Origin: Candidatus Sulfopaludibacter sp. SbA3
GTDB taxonomy: Bacteria; Acidobacteriota; Terriglobia; Bryobacterales; Bryobacteraceae
DNA length: 64,000 nt
Direction of reading: 5' to 3'
NCBI GenBank assembly: GCA_945861625.1
Contig: CAMAVI010000001.1
Coordinates: 81,944-145,943, forward strand
A program made the translations under genes and the position numbers. Every line of letters begins with the position of its first letter. The stretch's first letter is position 1. Below, in pieces: positions 16,129 through 24,718 of the stretch. The notes beneath the pieces are model-generated. The model had not been told where the DNA came from. It ran no database searches and worked only from the letters and a program-made list of their open reading frames with translations.

Positions 16129-16548
16129 ATGAAAATGTTTCTTTATTACATCGGCAAGGCGCGCGACCAGCACGCCAACGCCATGGCCGAGGAATACATC
16201 AAGCGCTCCACGCGCTTCGTCAAATGCGAAATGCGCGAAATTCACCCGCGGCGCTTTGACCCGTGGACAAAGCACTCTTCCGCGTCTAAAATACTGCTCG
16301 ATCCCGCGGGCCGCGCGCTCGATTCGCGGGCTTTCATATCGGTTGTCGAGAAACACGAGCGGGAAGGGAAGGATATAGTGTTTGTCCTGGGTGGCGCCGA
16401 TGGTCTTCCCGAGGCGTGGCGCTCGCGAGCCGATTTGTTGTTGGGTTTATCGGCGGTGACGATGCCGCATGAACTGGCGCGGGTTGTGCTGGCGGAGCAA
16501 ATTTACCGCGCGCTTACGGCGCTACGCGGGCATCCGTATCCACGCTAG
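16129..16548 (+). CDS. rlmH: 23S rRNA (pseudouridine1915-N3)-methyltransferase RlmH
   Basis: 139 aa SPOUT-type protein. MKMFLYYIGKARDQHANAMAEEYIKR and the C-terminal LSAVTMPHELARVVLAEQIYRA... are typical of RlmH. Confidence 0.85.
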   Translation: MKMFLYYIGKARDQHANAMAEEYIKRSTRFVKCEMREIHPRRFDPWTKHSSASKILLDPAGRALDSRAFISVVEKHEREGKDIVFVLGGADGLPEAWRSRADLLLGLSAVTMPHELARVVLAEQIYRALTALRGHPYPR

Positions 16549-17431
16549 CGGCGAGAGTCCGCAGTGGCGGAAGGTTCTTCGGCACCACCGTAAGCTTCGG
16601 CGCGCTTGGCCGCACTTCGTCGCGCGGCGCGGTGAATTCGAGCGTATCGATCACTGTGTTCGGGAAGTAGTGCCCCAGAATGATGCGCGCCGAACGGCCG
16701 TGCCGCGCAATCTCCATCGAACCCAACTGGCACATCCCGACTCCATGGCCCGAAGCCCGTCCTTGCAGAGGGCAAGCCACCGAGAAATACGGATAGCCGG
16801 GCTGCGGTATAGCCGCTCCCATCCACTTGGATTGGGCCAGCGACTTGGTATGGCCGCCGCAGCTTGCCGAATACAGCGCGGGGACAACATCGCCCTTGTA
16901 CGTCACCACCTGCCCGCGTGTAATCATCGTCGCCGCGCTGGCTGCACTGTCCGCCGGCGCTAGGCCCTTCATGAGCTGGCAATGGTCGGTATCGCAAAAA
17001 TCAAAACCCGTGTGACGGCTGCGCGCACCCGCCAAATACGATCGGGTGACGACTGCCTGCGCCTTGCGCGCTTCAAACGGCATGCCCGGCGATCCTTCCG
17101 AATCGGTAATCGCGGCCACCGCTGTTTCGCGATCCATCTCCACGATCGCCAGCAGTTCCGCGCCGTTGCGCCGTACCTGCAATTTCCCTACGTACTCGCG
17201 CGGTTTGCTTCCGGGCGCGGACAAACGGAATTGCGCCATGGCCCCGCCAGGTCCGGCCACGCGGACAGGTCCCGTAATTTTGACCGTACGGTCACCCCGC
17301 AGCGTTTCGGTGCGGCCCTGCATTTCCACCACGAGTACTGCATCTTTGGCGGGCTGCAACGCGAGTTGCACTGGATGCAGGGACCCCATCACGCTGATGT
17401 GAACGGTCGCGGCAATAGTAAGGGCAAGCAT
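16514..17431 (-). CDS. SpoIID/LytB domain protein
   Basis: 305 aa with a signal peptide. RSYLAGARSRHTGFDFCDTDHCQ and YSASCGGHT are SpoIID-family motifs. Confidence 0.8.
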   Translation of the reverse strand: MLALTIAATVHISVMGSLHPVQLALQPAKDAVLVVEMQGRTETLRGDRTVKITGPVRVAGPGGAMAQFRLSAPGSKPREYVGKLQVRRNGAELLAIVEMDRETAVAAITDSEGSPGMPFEARKAQAVVTRSYLAGARSRHTGFDFCDTDHCQLMKGLAPADSAASAATMITRGQVVTYKGDVVPALYSASCGGHTKSLAQSKWMGAAIPQPGYPYFSVACPLQGRASGHGVGMCQLGSMEIARHGRSARIILGHYFPNTVIDTLEFTAPRDEVRPSAPKLTVVPKNLPPLRTLAASVDTDARVAP

Positions 17432-17526
17432 TGATTCCGGTTGGTTGCGCCAGGCTGACTCAGGGGCGCTAGACCTCTTCAGTATACCCTACCGCGAGCG
17501 TTCCTGCTGCCCGCTACAATACGGTT

Positions 17527-18465
17527 GTGCCCCATTTTGAGGCGTTATTGATTGTTTCATTCGGCGGTCCCGAGCAACGCGAAGATGTAATTCCGTTCCT
17601 CGAAAATGTTCTGCGCGGACGCAATGTTCCCCGCGAACGCATGCTGGAAGTCGCCGAACATTACTATCACTTTGATGGCCGCAGTCCCATAAACGATCAG
17701 AACCGCGCATTGATCGCCGCGCTGCGCGAAGTGATCGGCATTCCCATCTACTGGGGCAATCGCAACTGGCACCCGCTGCTTGCCGGCACGGTTCGCCAGA
17801 TGCGTGACGATGGAATCCGCAATGCCGTGGCGTTCACCACGTCCGCCTTCGGATCTTATTCCGGGTGCCGCCAGTACTTCGAAAATATTCAACGCGCGTG
17901 TGCGGAGGTTGGCCAAGGCGCTCCTGAAATCGCAAAAATCCCGCCGTTTTCCGCGCATCCACTATTCATTGAGGCCATGGCTGATCGCGTGCGCGTGGCG
18001 CTTGCGGAACTACCGGGAGTCCCTGTGATCTTCACGGCGCACAGTGTTCCCGTATCCATGGCGCAAACCAGCCCCTACGTCCAGGAACTGGAAGCCGCCT
18101 GCCAACGGGTTGCGGAGGCCGCGGGCGCATCCGATTGGAAGCTGGTGTACCAAAGCCGCAGCGGACCTCCCACGCAGCCTTGGCTGGGTCCCGACATCTG
18201 CGAGTACTTAAAGGAAAACCCCGCCGATTGCGTGATCGCTCCCATCGGGTTTCTCTCCGATCACATGGAAGTGCTCTACGATTTGGATACGGAGGCGAAG
18301 ACCTTGTGCGATGAACTTGGGGTGCGTATGGTGCGCGCCGGAACGGTAGGTACGCATCCGGCCATGGTGCGCCTGATCGCGGAACTCATCGAGCAAGTCC
18401 CGCGGCAGTGTGCGGCGATGTGCTGCCCTGCGCCCCAGCGTACAGTGACGCCTGCTACTCGGTGA
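17527..18465 (+). CDS. hemH: Ferrochelatase
   Basis: 312 aa with a GTG start. LLIVSFGGPEQREDVIPFLENV and FTAHSVP...GFLSDHMEVLYDLD are ferrochelatase signatures. Confidence 0.9.
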   Translation: MPHFEALLIVSFGGPEQREDVIPFLENVLRGRNVPRERMLEVAEHYYHFDGRSPINDQNRALIAALREVIGIPIYWGNRNWHPLLAGTVRQMRDDGIRNAVAFTTSAFGSYSGCRQYFENIQRACAEVGQGAPEIAKIPPFSAHPLFIEAMADRVRVALAELPGVPVIFTAHSVPVSMAQTSPYVQELEAACQRVAEAAGASDWKLVYQSRSGPPTQPWLGPDICEYLKENPADCVIAPIGFLSDHMEVLYDLDTEAKTLCDELGVRMVRAGTVGTHPAMVRLIAELIEQVPRQCAAMCCPAPQRTVTPATR

Positions 18466-19276
18466 GTTTCCGGTAGACGTCGCGTTTGGCGAGTCCGCGC
18501 TCCTTCGCAACGTGTTTAATGGCGTCCATGCGTGAGAGTCCCAGGCTCTCGGCTTTGCGCACGGCTTCTTCGATCGGAGTGTCATCTGTTGCGGCCGATT
18601 CGGCGGGCTTCCCGAGAAGCAGAGTGATCTCGCCCTTGACCGAGGGCCGCGCGGCTAGTTCCGCACGAATCTCTTTCGCGGTTCCGCGCAGAAACTCTTC
18701 GTGAAGTTTTGTCAGCTCGCGCGCGACAACAGCCGGCCGAGTCCCCATCACTGCTTCCACGTCTTCCAGAGCGTCGAGAATCCGGTGCGGTGTTTCGTAG
18801 AAGATCAGCGTGCAAGTCTCCGCTCTGAACTCCTCCAGCAGCTTCCTCCGCTGGGACGATTTCGCAGGCAGAAATCCGCAAAAGCGGAACGAATCAGTGG
18901 GGAGCCCGGCTCCGCTGAGCGCGGTGAGGGCCGCGGAAGGTCCCGGAATCGGCGTCACCGTGACACCGGCGGCAATCGCTGCCTGGACCAGGCGGTACCC
19001 CGGATCGGACACCAGAGGCGTCCCGGCGTCGGAAACCAAGGCAACGCTCGCGCCCGCCGCGAGCTTTTTCACTAACTCATCCGTGCGAGCGGCCTCGTTG
19101 TGTTCGTGATAGCTCACCGTGGGCTTCTGTATCCCGAAGTGAGCCAGAAGTTTGCCGGTTTGCCGGGTGTCCTCGCAGGCGATCGTATCCACCTCCCGCA
19201 AAACCCTGAGCGCGCGCAGGGTTATGTCCTCTAGATTGCCGATCGGCGTGGCGACGATGAAAAGAGTACCAACCAT
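18455..19276 (-). CDS. rsmI: 16S rRNA (cytidine1402-2'-O)-methyltransferase RsmI
   Basis: Track ORF 18455..19318; ATG 19276 gives MVGTLFIVATPIGNLEDITLRALRVLREVDTIACEDTRQTGKLL, the canonical RsmI N-terminus. Confidence 0.85.
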   Translation of the reverse strand: MVGTLFIVATPIGNLEDITLRALRVLREVDTIACEDTRQTGKLLAHFGIQKPTVSYHEHNEAARTDELVKKLAAGASVALVSDAGTPLVSDPGYRLVQAAIAAGVTVTPIPGPSAALTALSGAGLPTDSFRFCGFLPAKSSQRRKLLEEFRAETCTLIFYETPHRILDALEDVEAVMGTRPAVVARELTKLHEEFLRGTAKEIRAELAARPSVKGEITLLLGKPAESAATDDTPIEEAVRKAESLGLSRMDAIKHVAKERGLAKRDVYRKLTE

Positions 19277-19302
19277 CGTAGTACCATGAAACGGTAACCG
19301 AA

Positions 19303-20382
19303 ATGGCGTCGCCAACACAAGCCGCCCCCGGGTACTCCGTTTGGCAGATTCCGGGCGAACGTGTAGTAGTACACATACGGCTAGTACTCATTGATCGCCT
19401 GGAGGCTGAAGTAAAGCGGGGATTCCGGTCGTTGCCCAAGCGGGGCGCCGAGATCGGCGGCCTGCTGATCGGTACAATCGACAACGGCTCGCCGGCGATT
19501 GTGCTCATCGAGGATTTTGAGCCCATTCCTTGCTGCTATCAGTTTGGCCCCTCTTACGAATTCACGGAGGACGACGCAGGGGCATTCGAAACGGCATGGG
19601 AGCGCCAACAGCCCAATCTGTCGCCCTCCGCATACGCGGTTGGATACTTCCGGAGCCATACGCGGGACGGCCTCTCATTGGACGCGAAGGATATCGTGAT
19701 CCTCGATCATTGCTTTGCGAATCCTGCTCACGTCGCTCTGCTGGTGAAACCACACGCGACGCAAGCCAGCGCCGCGGGTCTTTTCGTTCGCGAGGAAGGT
19801 GCATTCCCGCGGTCTACTTCGTTGGAAATTCCGTTCGGACAACCCGAACGATTGAGTGAAGAGGCAGCCTTGCCGCCTCCTCCTCCCCAGGAGGAACCGG
19901 AACAGGCTCCGTTTGAACTCGCGCCCGCGTTTACCCCTGAACCCGCCGCGCCGCAGCCGATCGCAGCTCCGCCGCCGGCTTTCATCGGCAGGGCCCAGCC
20001 GAGAACTGGATGGCTGTGGATTCCTCTTTCCTTTATCTCGATGCTGATGGGAGTCGTGATTGGTTTTCAAGCCGCGGTGACCATGGAGACCCGCGTTACG
20101 GCCAGCACGGGCGATGAGTTTTCCCTGGCGCTTTCGGTGGCCCAGAGTGGCGACAACCTCAGTCTCCGTTGGGATCGCCAGACGGCCGCGATCCGCTCCG
20201 CGCGGAAGGGCATCCTGGAGATTGAAGAAGGGGGCTACACCAAGTCCGTTGATCTGGATGGCCCTCAGTTGCAGAGCGGCTCGCTGATTTATCGCAACTC
20301 AACGAATGCCGTGCGGTTCCGGCTGACGGTGTATCCCAATGCCCGCGCGGGCGTGACCGAAACGCTGAGTTGGAAGCGTTAG
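19303..20382 (+). CDS. Membrane-anchored hypothetical protein with an MPN/JAB-like N-terminal region
   Basis: 359 aa. The N-terminal roughly 170 aa (EIGGLLIGT...AVGYFRSHTRDGLSLDAKD...VALLVKP) resembles an MPN fold without an intact JAMM motif. A Pro-rich linker, one TM helix (WLWIPLSFISMLMGVVIGF) and a C-terminal domain follow. The domain call is by eye only. Confidence 0.45.
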   Translation: MASPTQAAPGYSVWQIPGERVVVHIRLVLIDRLEAEVKRGFRSLPKRGAEIGGLLIGTIDNGSPAIVLIEDFEPIPCCYQFGPSYEFTEDDAGAFETAWERQQPNLSPSAYAVGYFRSHTRDGLSLDAKDIVILDHCFANPAHVALLVKPHATQASAAGLFVREEGAFPRSTSLEIPFGQPERLSEEAALPPPPPQEEPEQAPFELAPAFTPEPAAPQPIAAPPPAFIGRAQPRTGWLWIPLSFISMLMGVVIGFQAAVTMETRVTASTGDEFSLALSVAQSGDNLSLRWDRQTAAIRSARKGILEIEEGGYTKSVDLDGPQLQSGSLIYRNSTNAVRFRLTVYPNARAGVTETLSWKR

Positions 20383-21428
20383 GCTTCCTCGCTGGACTTT
20401 CTCTTCTTCGCGAGGCGGCTCAGAACCGCGAGCTGCGCCAGGTACTCTTTGAGCGGTCTGGCGGGCGTTCCCCATACCGTCTGTCCCGCGCGCACAATTT
20501 TGGAGGTGAGAATGCCGCTGCCGGAGCCGACCACGGCGCGCGATTCAATGCGGGCTTTGTCGCCCACGCCAACCTGGCCGCCGACCACCGCGTAGTCTTC
20601 CACTACCACGCCGCCGGAGAAGCCGGTCTGCGCGGCCACCACCACGTGGCGCCCGATCTGGCAGTTGTGGCCGATGTGCACCATGTTGTCGATCTTGGTG
20701 CCCTCGCCAATGGAAGTGACGCCCAGCGCCGCGCGATCCACGCAGGCGTTGGCGCCGATTTCCACGCGATCTCCGATCTCGACGCGTCCGATCTGTGGAA
20801 ACTTTTCGTACACGCCATTTTCGAACACGTAGCCGAAGCCGTCCGCGCCGATCACCGCGCCCGCGTGCAAGATCACGCGGTGGCCGAGGATCACATCGTC
20901 GTAGATGGTTACTCGCGGATGAATGACACAGCGCTCGCCGATGACCACGGAATCGCCAATCACGGACCCCGCGCCGATCGACGTACCCGCGCCAATGCGC
21001 GCGCCGACGCCGATGGACACAAACGGACCGATATAGACCTCCGGCCCGATGGTGGCGCCCAGCGAGATCACCGCCGAGGGATCGACGCCGGGAATCGGCG
21101 TCAGTTGAGGATGCAGCCTGGCGATGGTGCGCGCCATGGCGGCCCGCGGATTCGTCGCGCGAATGACGGTCCGCTGGCCGGCGTTGTCGAATTCCCGAGG
21201 GACGATCAGGCAGCCCGCGTTGGATGACACGGCGGATTTCATGGCCCGCCCGCGCATGACAAACGAAACGTCCCGCGGGCTAGCGTCTTCGAGCGCCGCC
21301 GCCCTGCGGACCTCGACGTCTCCGTCGCCTTCAAATGTAGATTGCAGGAACTCGGCCAGATCTTGAACGCGCACCAGACCAGTATGCAATAAGCGTTCCC
21401 CGAGGCGCTGTGCATGCGCAGCTTCCAC
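20379..21428 (-). CDS. lpxD: UDP-3-O-acylglucosamine N-acyltransferase LpxD
   Basis: 349 aa. It has long left-handed beta-helix hexapeptide repeats, an LpxD-type N-terminal domain and a C-terminal helix. Confidence 0.9.
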   Translation of the reverse strand: MEAAHAQRLGERLLHTGLVRVQDLAEFLQSTFEGDGDVEVRRAAALEDASPRDVSFVMRGRAMKSAVSSNAGCLIVPREFDNAGQRTVIRATNPRAAMARTIARLHPQLTPIPGVDPSAVISLGATIGPEVYIGPFVSIGVGARIGAGTSIGAGSVIGDSVVIGERCVIHPRVTIYDDVILGHRVILHAGAVIGADGFGYVFENGVYEKFPQIGRVEIGDRVEIGANACVDRAALGVTSIGEGTKIDNMVHIGHNCQIGRHVVVAAQTGFSGGVVVEDYAVVGGQVGVGDKARIESRAVVGSGSGILTSKIVRAGQTVWGTPARPLKEYLAQLAVLSRLAKKRKSSEEA

Positions 21429-21502
21429 GGAGAACGCTTATCGTCACGGTTCGGAGGAATTGTCGGACTTGCAATAAGAGTGCGCCCGGGGCGGGAAAGT
21501 TC

Positions 21503-22825
21503 TCAACCTTCGTACTGCAATACGTTCAGGCCGGCATTCCAATCGGTGGCGTACACAAGGCCGTCGGTGGTGACCAGGATGTCGGCCGTCTTCGCCGCGA
21601 CGGCGACGTTGGGCCGCGGATCGATCAGCTTCGTTGGCGTCGGCGGCACCCAGTAGCCGAGTTCCTTGGGTTCGAAGGCGTTCTTGATATCGAACACACG
21701 GACGCCGGCGACGTTATAGGTCGCGAAAATGGTCTCCTCGCTGCGGAACGTGCCCGGCCGGTTTTCGTGCAGGTTGTGCGGGCCGAAGGTGCCGAATCCG
21801 CAGAAGTCCCGTTCCTTGGGCGTGGGTAACGTGGCGATGGTGACCGGCTTGTCCTCGGTGCGCAGATCCACGACGAAGGTGCAGAATGTGCCCTTCGCGC
21901 ATTTTTCCGCGTTGGCCTCGTCGGCCACCAGCGCCAGCTTCCGCCCGGGTAGAGGAAGTGGAGTATGGGTCCCGCCGGGAAATGGCGGGCTCCAGTTGAT
22001 GTGCGAAATCAGCTTCGGTCTCGTCGGGTCGCTGAGATCGTGGACGGTGAAGCCGCCGTCACGCCACGCTCCGTAGCCACGATTGCCGGCCGTGATCATG
22101 TGATGCAGAGCCACGCGGCGGCCCGGCGCCAGCGTCGGCGGTTCGCCCGCCGCGCGATTCATTCCGGGCATCCACCAGCGCCCCACGATTTCGGGCTTGG
22201 TGATGTTCTGCAAATCGACCATGAGGAGGAAGTGGTCGGTGAAGCCGTCCAGGTGCGCCGAGACCGCGGCGTAGCGCCCTCCCGCCCACCACAGGCGGTT
22301 TACGCCCAGGCCCGGCATCTGGAGAAACGCGATTTCCCGCATTTCGCCAGGCCGGGAAATATCGTGAATGCTGAGGCCGGAGCGGAATTTCTTGCGGTTG
22401 GTGATGCTATCGGCCAGCGAGTTTTCGAAATAGCCGCGGATGTCATTGTAGGACTGCATGGCCACGATATTCGCGCCGTTGGCGAGCAGGAGCAGGTCGT
22501 CTGAAACCTGAAGATGATGCGTGCGCGTGAAATCGCCGCCCGTGAAGAAGCCGACGGGCTTGATCTTACGCGGATCCGCCGCGTCCAGAATCGTGACCCC
22601 GTTGGCGAACATGTGGCCGACATAAAGATGCCGGCGGTTGAGCATGACTTGCACGCTGTCGGGCCGTCCGCCGATGTCGCTGTAAGAGAGATGACGGAAG
22701 CGGTGCGCGGCGCCTTGGGGCGGAATCACAGTGGGTTGGGCGGAACTCACGTGCCCGGGCCCCAGCGATAAGGCTCCGAGACCAAGCAGGCCTTTTGCGC
22801 AATCGCGCCGTGTGATCGCCGTCAT
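21503..22825 (-). CDS. Tat-exported beta-propeller protein (LVIVD-repeat-like)
   Basis: 440 aa. It has a twin-arginine leader (MTAITRRDCAKGLLGLGALSLG). Recurrent motifs of the type GVTILDAADPRKIKP, FLLMVDLQNITKPE, FTVHDLSDPTRPK and VRVFDIKNAFEPK resemble LVIVD repeats. Confidence 0.55.
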   Translation of the reverse strand: MTAITRRDCAKGLLGLGALSLGPGHVSSAQPTVIPPQGAAHRFRHLSYSDIGGRPDSVQVMLNRRHLYVGHMFANGVTILDAADPRKIKPVGFFTGGDFTRTHHLQVSDDLLLLANGANIVAMQSYNDIRGYFENSLADSITNRKKFRSGLSIHDISRPGEMREIAFLQMPGLGVNRLWWAGGRYAAVSAHLDGFTDHFLLMVDLQNITKPEIVGRWWMPGMNRAAGEPPTLAPGRRVALHHMITAGNRGYGAWRDGGFTVHDLSDPTRPKLISHINWSPPFPGGTHTPLPLPGRKLALVADEANAEKCAKGTFCTFVVDLRTEDKPVTIATLPTPKERDFCGFGTFGPHNLHENRPGTFRSEETIFATYNVAGVRVFDIKNAFEPKELGYWVPPTPTKLIDPRPNVAVAAKTADILVTTDGLVYATDWNAGLNVLQYEG

Positions 22826-22862
22826 GCTGTGCTCCTATGCGAAATCCGACAACCAGCTTACT

Positions 22863-23212
22863 CTACTCAGGTTCGCTGGATTCCGCGGCCAGGATGCGCG
22901 CGACCTGCTCGCGCAGGGATGGACATTCGCTTTTGGCCGCTACCCATACGATGTCCCATTCGATCCCGAAATATGCATGGATGAGAATGTTGCGGAAACC
23001 CACCACCTGCCCCACGGTATTTGTGGGTTTTGGCCCTTTATGTCGTCAGACAAACGTGCCGCGGCCTCTCCGATCACAGAGAGCTTGTGGACCACCGCGC
23101 TGCGCACCAAGTCGGAGGATTGGAACGCCTCGTCATCAATTCCAGCGATGAAGCGGGCGATAGCGTCCGCTGCCTCAACGATGTCGTTGAGATACAGGCT
23201 CTCATGCCGCAT
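22863..23212 (-). pseudogene. hepT: HepT (DUF86/HEPN) toxin gene with a 1-nt frameshift before the catalytic motif
   Basis: ORF 22940..23212 encodes MRHESLYLNDIVEAADAIARFI...QNPQIPWG and then an out-of-frame tail. Shifting one nt at the C4 run 23010..23013 gives QVVGFRNILIHAYFGIEWDIVWVAAKSECPSLREQVARILAAESSEPE*, ending at 22863, which contains the R-x4-H-x-Y motif. Confidence 0.75.
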
Positions 23213-23534
23213 ATACGAGGCGGGCTTCCTTAAGTACCGAGGCGCGGATCAGCGGCTTCAGTCCCTTTTTCGACACCAAGTCCACTTTTCGCCCGATGAG
23301 CTTGGTTAGTTCCGACATCAATCCCGCATAAGCGAAGAGACCGACCTTGGCTTCCGGGATGAATTCGACCAGCAGGTCGATATCGCTTTCGGGGCGCATC
23401 TCGCCGCGGGCAGCCGAGCCGAAGACAGAGAGCTCCTTGACGTGATACTGCCGGCACAACTCGGCCAGCTTGCCCTCATTGACCTGTACGATCCCGAGTT
23501 GAATGGTTTGGCTCATAGGGAACCTATTCCCCAT
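23202..23534 (-). CDS. mntA: MntA-type nucleotidyltransferase antitoxin
   Basis: LSVFGSAARGEMRPESDIDLLVEF is the GS-x9-12-D-x-D minimal nucleotidyltransferase motif. It overlaps the hepT start by 11 nt. ATG 23516 is an alternative start. Confidence 0.8.
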   Translation of the reverse strand: MGNRFPMSQTIQLGIVQVNEGKLAELCRQYHVKELSVFGSAARGEMRPESDIDLLVEFIPEAKVGLFAYAGLMSELTKLIGRKVDLVSKKGLKPLIRASVLKEARLVYAA

Positions 23535-24667
23535 TATCCGCCAATCTTCTTCAAATTCTCAGGATTCAACGCCAGCAGCTCCGGCACGACGAAAATGCCG
23601 TCCTTGCGGATCAGGCGGTCATCGAGATACAGTTCGCCGCCGCCGTAGTCCGGGCGCTGGATGTGTACCATGTCCCAGTGCACCGAGGACTTGTTGCCGT
23701 TGGGCGCTTCCTCGTAGCAGTTGCCCATGGCCATGTGGATGCCGCCGTCGATCTTCTCGTCGAACAAAATGCTGCCGGTGGGGTGGCGAATGAACGGGTT
23801 GAAGTTGATGGAGAACTCGCCCACGTAGCGCGCACCGGGGTCGGTGTCGAGCATATTATTCAACATCGCCGTCCGCTCGGGACTTTCGGCTTGGGCGTGC
23901 TCGATGTGGCCGTCTTTGAACGTGAGTCGAATGAACTTGAACCTCTGGCCGTCGTAAGCGGAAGGGCCGAAGCGGATGGTGCCGTGGATGGAATCGCGGA
24001 CGGGCGCGGTGAAACATTCGCCGTCCGGGATGTTCAGCGTGCCTGTGCAGGGGATGGCGGGGATGCCCTCAATGCTGAAGCGCAGGTCAGTTTCCTGCGC
24101 CGGGCTGTAAATGCGCACGGTCTTCGCTTGCGTCATCAGTTTCTGCAGCGGCTTCACGGCCTCGGTCATCTTGCCGTAGTCGAGGAGACACACATCACGG
24201 TAGAACGCTTCGAAGTCGGGATGGCTCATGCCGCAGGCCGCGGCGAACTCCTCGGTGGGAGCCGCCGTCACCAGCCAGCGCGTGTGATTGACGCGGTACT
24301 CGGTCATGGCCTGCAGGGCTTTCTTGTAAAGCGACATCTGCGCGGGAGGCAGGTTGATCTTGGACTGGTCGGCGTCGTCGTCCACGCGGATGTAGCCCTG
24401 CATGGTCTTCATCAGCGCGAGCTTTTCCTCGCCCAGGGCCGCAATTCCGGCGGCCGCGATCGGCCCGATAGTTCGGTTGATCGCGTCGGCTCCCGTGTCG
24501 ATCAGGTGCGGATGCCCGCCGATGGCGGTCACCTTGGCCGCGCACGCGTCGGCCAACACTTTGGCTTTGGGTCCCCGGTACTCCACCCAGATGTTCTCGC
24601 CCGGCGCGACGCGGACGGCGTTCACCATGAACTGGTGGGCAAGCTTTTCGAGGGTTGACGAATCCAT
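23534..24667 (-). CDS. Aminopeptidase (peptidase M29 / aminopeptidase T-PepS family)
   Basis: 377 aa. Overall pattern (..VRVAPGENIWVEY.., ..NIPDGECFTAP.., ..FDEKIDGGIHMAMGN.., ..SSVHWDMV..) is typical of M29 thermophilic-type aminopeptidases. Confidence 0.8.
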   Translation of the reverse strand: MDSSTLEKLAHQFMVNAVRVAPGENIWVEYRGPKAKVLADACAAKVTAIGGHPHLIDTGADAINRTIGPIAAAGIAALGEEKLALMKTMQGYIRVDDDADQSKINLPPAQMSLYKKALQAMTEYRVNHTRWLVTAAPTEEFAAACGMSHPDFEAFYRDVCLLDYGKMTEAVKPLQKLMTQAKTVRIYSPAQETDLRFSIEGIPAIPCTGTLNIPDGECFTAPVRDSIHGTIRFGPSAYDGQRFKFIRLTFKDGHIEHAQAESPERTAMLNNMLDTDPGARYVGEFSINFNPFIRHPTGSILFDEKIDGGIHMAMGNCYEEAPNGNKSSVHWDMVHIQRPDYGGGELYLDDRLIRKDGIFVVPELLALNPENLKKIGG

Positions 24668-24718
24668 GCTTTATCGTATGAGACTTACGTTACCCGCCTA
24701 GCTGTTGTCCAGCGCCCG

